A stretch of DNA of 63,325 bases, counting the filler, from Octopus bimaculoides (lineage: Eukaryota), in NCBI RefSeq assembly GCF_001194135.2. It is 7 parts of 7 records of this genome, joined end to end, with 100 filler letters (N's around TTAATTAATTAA, not from the genome) between each part and the next. Parts side by side here need not be neighbours in the genome. Positions count along the whole stretch, not along the records: positions 52,564 to 56,894 come from NC_068982.1; positions 56,995 to 62,133 come from NC_068995.1; positions 62,234 to 63,325 come from NC_068983.1; 4 more parts are not named here. One strand, 5' to 3'. A program made the position numbers and the translations under genes. This document shows, one piece after another, positions 53,906 to 63,325 of this stretch. The notes beneath the pieces were generated by a model. That model did no database searches, was not told the origin of the DNA, and worked only from the letters and a program-made list of their open reading frames with translations. How positions within the stretch are numbered: the first letter of the stretch is position 1; every line of letters starts with the position of its first letter.

Positions 53906-54481
53906 TTACCAGTTTATCAGCTTCTATATTTCGCTCTGTTAGCTGTCGTATAGGCACAACACATTAAGTGCGCAGGAGTGAATGTGTGTGTGTGTGTGTA
54001 AGAAAGAGAGAGAGAGAGAGAGAGTCCAGACAAATACATACATACATACGTACAAACATGCCTTATAGTTACATATGTACTCTTATCAAGATATTTGCTA
54101 AATGGCACGCATGCCAAACACTTGCACTCAGACCTGCGATCAAATATTAAGAAAACCAAAAGCATCAGAGCTAAAAGAACCAAAAAAAACTGTCAACCTT
54201 TGAAAATTGCAAATACTAAAGCGAACCTTTGAAGAGATATTAATATTGTTTGGTTTCCTTTCCCTGAAATATATCCTTGCTACTCCGAAATTATTATCCG
54301 CAGTAAAAAGTCGAACTGGCAGCTTCTTTAGGTTTCCAGTTGAGACTAGGAACAGCTCGTGCCAAACAAAACAACAACAAAGAAAACACATAAAAGTAAT
54401 AACAACAACGATGATGATGATAACAATAATAATAACAACAATAATAACAACAGCATCATTAAGAATAACAACTGTTAATAA

Positions 54482-55190
54482 GCAGATTCGTTAGCGCGAC
54501 GGACAAAATGCTTAACGGTATTTAGTCTGACTTTCAATTTTGAGTTCAAATTACGACGGAATCGACTTTGCCTTTCATCCCTTCGAGAGTTGATTAAATA
54601 ACTCCCAGTTGAGCACTGGGGTCGATGTAATCAACTTTCGCTCTTCTCCGAAATTGCCAAACTTGTGCCAAAAGTTGAAACCGGTAAACTAATACATTAC
54701 GCCGTTAATGAGTGAATGACAGTCTCTTCGGCCGACGCAAACAAATGAAGATATAAAAGAGGAATACCAAAAGGAGACAATTTATTTCTTTTACTTTATG
54801 GTTGTCGCTAAGGCATTGAATCATATTTCAAACCAAACTGGACCGGAATTATAAGGGTGCTAAGGGCAAACAATTAGCATTAACAATTAGTGATTGAGGT
54901 TACAGGGAATAAGCCGCTACCCTCATATATTCTACTAGGAATAAGAACAAACCTGAGTCAAAGCACCAATAATAATCGTTCCTATTAAAGGCCCAATGCC
55001 TGAAATTTTGGGTGAGGGGACTAGTCGATTGCGTTGGCTCCATTGTTTCACTAGTACTTAATTTATAGACCCCAAAAAGATGAAAAGTAAAGTCGACCTT
55101 GGCGGAATTTGAAATCAGAACGTAAAGACGGACGAAATGCCGCTAAGTATTTCGCCCGGCGTGCCAACGTTTCTGCCAACTCACCGTCTT
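54482..55190. mobile_element. Two family B SINEs in inverted, tail-to-tail orientation
   Basis: 54482-54685 (+) and 54985-55190 (-). Confidence 0.85.
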
Positions 55191-55589
55191 AATAATAATA
55201 AAAACAACAACAACTCTTAGGAACGATTGAAATGTTGAATACAAAAAACTGCATCCAGCCAAGGCTTAGTGAGCTGTGCTGATGATGTAGAATGAAATAA
55301 GGGTAAGACCCATTCTAGAAATACCAGACTTACAACTTATTCTTTCTATTATTGACTTGAAAGAAGGAACAAACTATACAACAATATACACATATGTATG
55401 TGTGTGTGTGTGCTTGTGCGTATATATATGTGTATGCGTGCGTACATATGTGTGTGTATTTGTGCGTATATGTGTGTGTGAATGCGTGATCACATATGTG
55501 TGTGTGTGCCTATGCGTATATATGTGTGTGTATGTGTGTGCATATATATATATATATATATATGTGTATGTGTGTGTGTGTCTGTGTGT

Positions 55590-55880
55590 GAAAGCGTGCA
55601 GCTTAGTGGTTAGGGTATTCGGATAACGCTCGCAGGGTCATGAGTTCGATTCCAGGGGGCGTGTTGTGTCCTTGGGCAAGACACTTTTTCACGTTGCTCC
55701 CGTCTCCACTCAACTGGTAAACATTCAAAGACTCAGCCTTGTAAGATTCTGTGTCTCCCCGAGAACTACGTTCAGGGTTACGCGTCTCTGTGGAGTACTC
55801 AGCCCCTTGCACGTTAATTTCACGAGCAAGGTGTTCCGTTTATCAGGTAAACTGGGGCCCTCGTCACTGTAACCGACAGA
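55590..55880 (+). mobile_element. SINE family A, diverged
   Basis: gcagcttagtggttagg...gagttcgattcc head and gagaactacgttcagggttacgcgtctctgtggagt body. Confidence 0.85.
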
Positions 55881-56352
55881 GTGCTGCCAGTTAAGGCCGT
55901 GAAATAAATGAAATACATAAGCGAAACAATCGGCCCCAAATATTCCTCCACAACTTGCATATTGAAAGGCGATTATATTTGACAGAATGCCATATTTTCC
56001 CCTTCGCCACGACGTTTGTTAACGTTTTCATTTCTATTCTATGGTGACTCACAGTGAGGTTGATTTCAAATATACTTGTATTGTTTTTGCTTGGTTCATT
56101 TACTCTAACAATTATTATTGTTTTGTTTTGTTCTTGTAATTGATATTTCATTGTGTGCGTCCCTCTGTGCAACGTCGCGCCTTGATAGTGATCTGTGGAA
56201 TGTATTTGCGCTGCTTTTTAACAATCTGTGACTGGTAGTCACATGCTTTATGGTGATTGTCTTTATGCAGTGGTTGTTATAAAGCTATAAATTTATGAGA
56301 TCTTTCGCCATTGTTCATCTTTTTCGCTTCAGTCTTTATTATTTCCTCCACG

Positions 56353-56399
<47 letters not shown>

Positions 56400-56849
56400 T
56401 AGCTAACCACAACTGTTGCTATATTCTACCATTTTTGAATGAAATGTCTTCACTACATTTGTCATAATGTCATCAATAATAATAATAATAATAATCAGCG
56501 TCATAATCCTCCTCCTCCACATCATCATCATTGTCATCAACATGACTACCACTACTAACACGACTACCACCATCATCACCACGTTGTCATCATCATCACC
56601 ACGTTGTCATCATCATCACCACGTTGTCATCATCATCTCCGCTATTATGTCCACCCTCCCAGTCCTCATCTTCATAAACGATAGAATTCTCTTCATCAAA
56701 TAATGGCAACATCTGGCGCTTATCATTAATCACGGAGAGCTTATTCTTCTTCTTTTCTATCAAAAGGCTAAATTTAGATTCTCAATTGTTGCGGTCCTTC
56801 TCACATTTCCCATTGTCGATTTATTAACATCATTAGTTGTGGCCACCAC

Positions 56850-56886
<37 letters not shown>

Positions 56887-57359
56887 TATATATANNNNNN
56901 NNNNNNNNNNNNNNNNNNNNNNNNNNNNNNNNNNNNNNTTAATTAATTAANNNNNNNNNNNNNNNNNNNNNNNNNNNNNNNNNNNNNNNNNNNNATGCAT
57001 CCCCTACACACCACCACCTGACTGAAAAAAAAACAGTTATTGGAAATTTTATTTATTGATATAGTTTGTAGTAATTGTTTTTATTAAAAAAAAAGCCTAT
57101 ATTCAAAAAAGTACTTTCAACGTTAAAAAATGTAAATTCATAATGACTATTATGATGTGCAATAAAAAATCTATGCACGAACCTCAAACGAAATACATGA
57201 ACAGTGAACATCATAAAATAAGCATTAATAGTATTTACTATTTAATTAAATGACCATTGTCTTTTCCAGTCAAAGTGAAGTGAACTTTTCCTTGATTTCT
57301 GTACATTTAATATGAATTTGTGCCTATTTTCGTAGCCTACTCTGACTTCAGAAGCTTTT

Positions 57360-57790
57360 GTTACTAAACTGGTAGCATGCTCGACTCCTGGGCTATGACA
57401 AGGAAGCGGTATTGGCTATGACAGTCAGATCTTTTTATTTGTTTGCCATAATATGAGGAGGTGCATATATCAAACATTTCATTGAACTCCTCTAATTTCT
57501 TATCAAACCTATCTCCTCTTTGCTTGATTGGTATTTTGTTTGATTTATAAGCAGCTTCAATCAATCACTCAATTTTTAGAGCTATTCCTTCAAACCCAAT
57601 ATAAGGAAACGAAAATTTGTCCCATATCGTTTGCACATCTGCATCAACAATTCGGTAGCATTCTTTCGCTGTGGGTGAAGTTTTTGGTATCTGTTCTATA
57701 TTTTGCTATGCATAAATAATGTCGGAAAACATCAGCCTTTGATGGGATCATTGCTGTAGGAAAATTCTGCAGAGAATCCAAAAGTTGAAT
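57360..57790 (-). pseudogene. Probable DNA-transposon transposase N-terminal remnant, superfamily unassigned
   Basis: With one frameshift and one stop: IPSKADVFRHY...VQTIWDKFSFP...EMFDICT, a motif order I associate with animal transposases. Not verified. Confidence 0.4.
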
Positions 57791-58338
57791 TACGACTTTT
57801 ACTTCTAGCTGTCATTATCTAATTTCATATACTTGAATTATTACAGTTGAAATTTATGTAGGTATTTTTGTAAAACTAAAATACAATTTAGCTCTGAAAT
57901 AATCTGAAAAACAAAAGAAAATCATTTAACAAACGTATATAATTTCTAAAAAAAAATCATTTAGCATATATTGAAAAGTTGTAATTTTACCATGTTCGAT
58001 CGGTACCTACCTACCTACCTACCTACCTACATACATACATACCAATTGTCTTATATCTCAATGTTTTTGCTATCTTTACTTATCAGCTGTTTCAAACAAG
58101 GTTTCTACAGTGAAATATGATCATATGTTTCATATCCAGAAGCAATTTGGTAGACATGTGTTAGAGATTATATGATTAATATAGAAAATTAGGGTATTTA
58201 ATTGTAGGAGGTGTATGTAAGGAGTATGGGGGAGTCATATAATCCTAATCTTCATATATTTTATTTAAGATACTATTTGAAACTGTGCTTACCGTGGAAT
58301 TAAGGTTCCTTAAACATGGTTGTGTTGCGACCCCACCA

Positions 58339-58378
<40 letters not shown>

Positions 58379-58525
58379 TACAATCAATCAGCCAATCAAT
58401 ATACATACATGCATAATACATACATATATAGATACATATGTATATATATATACACATACATAATACATACATACATATATACATACATGCATATATACAT
58501 TCATACATATATATATATATAAATA

Positions 58526-58561
<36 letters not shown>

Positions 58562-59478
58562 TGTCGTTCAATCCTTGCTTATGTTTTAATAGATTACAGA
58601 AACAAGGGTGCCTGTAATTTTTGACTTACCTTCAAATATCAATAAGCCAATCAATCAATCAATCAATCAGTCAGTCAATCAATCAATATATCAGTCAATC
58701 TCTCTCTTTCTCTCCCTCTCTGTTTCCCTCTCTCTCTCTTTCTCTCAAGAGATTAGTTAGCGGTTTGAGGAATGTTTGACTGTTATTTCATTTTCAAGCG
58801 ATCTCAGAAAAGCACCATGATTGGCTCAAGAAAATAGTATTCAATTTAGCAGGCTTCGCGATCATCTGTGAATAAATGTATGCATGTATACGGATGTGTG
58901 TTTGCGTGTGAGATCAAAAGGATTGCTTGTGTTTGGTACTGACGGTCAACCAATAACATCTGATATAAACATCCAATAAAAAATGCTAAGAACATTTTAA
59001 TAGACACATGAAAAAGACGTTTAATGATAGCAATGTTCTTATAATTCTTGAATCAGAAGACGCGCTGGAATTGGTCGTATATAAAATATTGGCTGAGGTA
59101 TAGGAACAGTCTTTGAACAAGTAAAAACAAAAAAAAAGCGGCAATAAATCCCACCAAAATCCACCCCCCACCCAAAAGAACAACAAAAATGCAAGCAAAC
59201 AAAAACGCGGAAATGATCGTAGATTAGAATGAAATTGGAGGAGAAATGCTAAAAGCCACGTGATCGCAAGAGCAAGAGCATTATTGAAGTTGTGCCGCAA
59301 TGGGTTTTGATACAATTCACACTAGAACTTGACTGCTACTTTTATTTAATCGACTCTGAAAGGATGAAACGCATTGCTGACTGGAATGGATATGGAACTC
59401 ATAATTGAAAGATCCGGAAGCAAGACAGGACAGAGTGACTCCACCGTTGATCTGTTTTGCAAGCCTCATCGCTTTGAG

Positions 59479-59570
59479 ATATACACAGGGTGATATCAAA
59501 TATACACAAGGTGGTATCAAAATATACACAGGGTGTATAATATACACAGGGTGGTATCAAAAAGTTCCCA
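59479..59570 (+). repeat. Four tandem copies of a mariner-like TIR tip (ATATACACAGGGTGGTATCAA)
   Basis: Units at 59479, 59500, 59522 and 59540; the last continues into aaagttccc. Confidence 0.7.
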
Positions 59571-60539
59571 GATAAAAAGATGGAAATTATAAAGTCGGTG
59601 TATGGAGCAGAATAACAAAAAGGGTAATTTCGGAGCGGATGCCATAGTCCTGAGCAAGGTAAAGTTCGGCACAAGGCCAGCAATATCGAGGCAGGGGGGT
59701 TAGTTGATGTAATCGACCCCAGTACCCAACTGGTACTTATTTTATCGACCTCGAAAGAATGAAGGGCAAAATCAACCTCGGCGGAATTTGAACGTAAAGA
59801 CGCACGAAATGCTCTTTAAGCATTTTGCCCAGCATGCTAACGAGTCTGCCAGCTTACAGCTTTAATATTAATAATGATCCATTCTAATATTGGCACAAGG
59901 CCTGAAATTGTGGGGGAGGGGGCTAGTCGATTACATCAACCGCAGTACTCAACTGGTAATTAATATTTTGACCAGGAAAGGATGAAAGGCAAAGTTGAAC
60001 TCGACGGAATTTGAACTCAGAACATAAAGACAGACGAAATACGCTAAGCATTTCGCCCGGTGTGCTAACATTTCTGCCAGCTCGCCGCCTTTGAGCAATG
60101 TAATATTGATAACGTTCAGTTTGGTTATCCCCAAAAGGGTACAGAAATCACATTGGAAAGTGTACGAAACGATAGAGAAACACCGCGCCTGGTTATAGCG
60201 TCGTTGTAGTGATCAGATAGTTTTGGTCAGACGTTATAGAATAATACACTTGCATTCAGATAGCGTTAATAAACTTACCAAATAAAATCCTTTTGATATT
60301 GTACACAAGTTTACAACTTTGAAAGTAGAACAAAACTATGGTTTGCCAGTAAATATAAAACATTATTCGTTGCTGTTGGAGTGGATACCTAGACTAGGGA
60401 ACAGAGATTAGGGACTAGGAGATCGCGGCTAAGGATTAGGGGGCGAGACAAGGGAATAAATATCAAGTACTGTCACACATGAGGATTTAACTTTTAAAGC
60501 ACAACGTTACAATGGTGTATTGGGGGGAAATGGCGTTAA

Positions 60540-60885
60540 TCTGATAGGTACATTATCTCTGGGGAGAAAATGTCAAGTAAATTTAGACGGTCTGGTGTCA
60601 GATGAATTTGAAATTGTGAGTGGTTTGCTGTAGGGTGTTGTTCAATCAACTCTCTTGTGAGTTATCTTAATATATTTCGACATAAACAAAATGAACAAAA
60701 ATGGAAGACAAGAAAAAAAAATGTATTTCTGGAAAGTATTTGGTGGATTCTGATTATGCTAATGACTTTACTGCGCTTAGTAATGAAACATCAAAAATAG
60801 AAAGAATGATGTACAAGCTTGATAAAAGAAGTAACCACGTACCATAAAAGATTAACAGCTGCAAAACTAAAATTATGAAGACCAA
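60540..60885 (+). mobile_element. RTE-clade LINE RT fragment, degenerate
   Basis: CQVNLDGLVSDEFEIVSGLL*G, DSDYANDFTAL (YADD motif) and KINSCKTKIM. Confidence 0.75.
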
Positions 60886-60949
60886 ATGAATGAATAGAAT
60901 GATGTTTCATGGGTACGTGCTAGGATTAAAATTTTTTTTTTTTTACTGG

Positions 60950-61141
60950 TTTTCAGGCATTAGATTGCGGCCATGTTGGGGCACCGCCTTAAAGATTTTA
61001 CTGGAACAAATCGATCCCAGTATTTATTTGTTTTAAGCCTTATTTGTTCTTGGACCTTATTCTACAGGTCACTTTTTGCCGGACCTCTAAGTTCCATGGG
61101 CGTAAACAAACCAACACCAGTGATCAAGCGGTGGAGGGAGA

Positions 61142-61187
<46 letters not shown>

Positions 61188-61357
61188 TGTATACGATGGG
61201 TTTCTTTCAGTTTCCACCTACCATATCCCCCAACAAGTCATTGATCAGCACACAGCTACAGTAGAAAACACTTGCCCAATGTGCCACACTGCAGGACTGA
61301 ACCCGGCATCACGTGACTGGGAAGCAAACTATTTACGACACAGTCACGACTACGCCT
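60950..61357 (-). mobile_element. SINE family C, full length
   Basis: Both halves plus an internal (CA)n tract. Confidence 0.85.
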
Positions 61358-62290
61358 AGTCCCGCTTGTGCGAATAAGTTTAAATTCTGGGAATTTTTCA
61401 GAAACTGAAGGGACTTTAAGGACTGAATTTAACGAAAGATTTCAGACGCTGATGACGGATCAATACCCAGAAACTCGGGTCCGTGCGTATCACGTCAGGC
61501 TGGAGATGGGAAGGATGACTTCCCTTTGCAATACTGATAGGGCACAGAAAGTCTGTCAATAGCCAGCTGGAGGAGATGTCTTCCTGGGGCTACAAGCTAC
61601 AATAGCATCAACCCTTAAGGGTTAGCCACACTTTAGTGACAAATATACTTCACGAAACTAAACAATCCTTTCTACCAAAGGTACAAGATCTGAAATTTTT
61701 GTGGAGGGGATGAGTCGATTACATCGACCACAGTGTTTCATTGGTACTTAATTTATCGACCCTGAAAGGATGACCTCGGCGAAATTTGAACTCAGAATGT
61801 AGCGATGGGCGAAATATAGCTAAGTATTTTATCCAGTTGCTAACGATTCTGCCAACTCGCTGACTTAGAAAGCAAATTAAATAATCACATTGCTTTTAAA
61901 TGTGTGGAAATCACATAGATTGGAAATTTCATACGAAACTTCAGTTTTATATATCATTAGTAAGAAATGGTTTAATAGATGGAAGAGAGCTGTAGCAATC
62001 AAATTTTAGCTAATCATTGCTTCAGAAAATAAATCATCATGAAAACTCTGAGAGATTAAGTGGTATTTCTTCGTGAGGTACGAATTAGCTTGAAACATAA
62101 CGAAAGTACTACATATATATATATATATATATANNNNNNNNNNNNNNNNNNNNNNNNNNNNNNNNNNNNNNNNNNNNTTAATTAATTAANNNNNNNNNNN
62201 NNNNNNNNNNNNNNNNNNNNNNNNNNNNNNNNNAACGATAGAATATTTCTAAAAAAAAGACCTTACGATTATTTTTTGTGTTATACTTAC

Positions 62291-62401
62291 ACGTACGACA
62301 GTATCGTCCAATATAACCACGTCGGCATTTACAGGTGAATCTACGTCCCTTTTTGATACATGCACCACCGTTTTTGCACGGTCTATTATAGCATGGATTG
62401 A
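62291..62401 (-). CDS. Exon encoding one EGF-like domain (NPCYNRPCKNGGACIKKGRRFTCKCRRGYIGRYCRT)
   Basis: 111 bp, phase 1-1; acceptor tttcttttatacacaag| and donor |gtaagt; six Cys in EGF spacing with PCKNGG.C and C.C..GY.G..C. Confidence 0.9.
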
Positions 62402-62947
62402 CTTGTGTATAAAAGAAATAAAATGGTTATTCACAATCTTATATGTATTTACAATGAAATAATGAAAGAATTCCATTTTACAAACTTCCTGTTTCTGCTT
62501 TGAATTAGTTCTTTTAAAAAAAACGTGTTCTTGGAGTTTCAAAAAATTGGTAAATTTTCAAAAAATTTTTCCGTAGCAAAATCGTTACTCTTTGATTTTA
62601 AGTGCATCCAGCAGAAAAGAAAAATTGACAAAGAAATCTGTCCGGAAGCTGGGAGCGGAGATTAATAAATTTTCAAATCGTTTTCGACTGAAAATCTCCC
62701 CTAATCATCATTTGCAAGGTTGTAAGGAAAAAGAACTAAAGGGTCCCCGTCGGATTTGAGAAAATCCAACCTCTTTGGGTGTACTATTCTAAAGGTCTGC
62801 CAATAAACACTATCGTGAATATTACGCGGCAACGACAGGATACTCAGCTAATGCATGCATATGTGTGTATATATATATGTATATGCATTGCTCCTTTAAT
62901 ACATTTCTAAAAAAAGATCTTAGGATCATTTTTAGTGTCATACTTAA

Positions 62948-63058
62948 ACGTACGACAGTATCGTCCAATATAACCACGTCGGCATTTACAGGTGAATCTA
63001 CGTCCCCTTCTGATACAAGCACCACTGTTTTTGCAAGGTCGCTTATAGCATGGATTGA
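62948..63058 (-). CDS. Duplicate EGF exon (NPCYKRPCKNSGACIRRGRRFTCKCRRGYIGRYCRT) with a broken donor site
   Basis: 657 bp from the first copy; 7 substitutions in 111 bp; all six Cys kept; acceptor intact; donor reads ttaagt instead of gtaagt. Confidence 0.7.
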
Positions 63059-63325
63059 CTTGTGTATAAAAGAAATAAAATGGTATTTCACAATCTTATA
63101 TGTATTTACAATGAAATAATGAAAGAATTCCATTTTACAAATTTCTTGTTTTCTGCTTTGAATTAGTTCCTTTAAAAATAAATGTGTTATTGGGGTTTCA
63201 AAAAAATTGGTAAATTTTCAAAATCTTTTTCTGTAGGAAAATCGTCACTCTTTGATTTTAAGTGCATCCAGCAGAAAAGAAAAATTGACAAAGAAATCTG
63301 TCCGGAAGCTGGGAGCAGAGATCAA

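Larger units (their letters stand above)
62250..63325. repeat. Tandem duplication with a unit of about 657 bp (exon plus intron)
   Basis: About 62250-62665 aligns to 62907-63325, including intronic sequence; runs off the window end. Confidence 0.92.

Noticed and set aside
62249-63133. Supplied ORFs MEFFHYF...
   Set aside because: Wrong frame; the meaningful frame is the EGF exon.

Overview
AT-rich, microsatellite- and repeat-dense animal genomic DNA from a gapped draft assembly. The SINE families point to an octopus or other coleoid cephalopod (inference from repeat recognition; no database search was run). Most of the window is transposon debris: three tRNA-headed SINE families; a Chapaev3-like DNA transposon with intact ends and a TAA duplication, nested in an old LINE; an internally deleted mariner; a Penelope-like RT/GIY-YIG element; RTE, Tx1/L1 and CR1/L2 fragments; a MULE fragment; MITEs; and a Helitron/Helentron-type element. 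Almost all ORFs in the supplied track are microsatellite or gap artefacts. Host-gene evidence is limited to two tandemly duplicated phase 1-1 exons encoding very cationic EGF modules (62291-62401 and 62948-63058, minus strand, in a frame the track missed) and a few candidate minus-strand exons of an unidentified gene at 1.5-5.8 kb. Best leads: (1) a tRNA-like Pol III head joined to a minimal hammerhead ribozyme at the 3' end of the Penelope-like element; (2) the EGF exon duplication; (3) two cases of a transposon carrying DNA apparently copied from 4-5 kb away. No CRISPR array, rRNA or intact tRNA gene was found.
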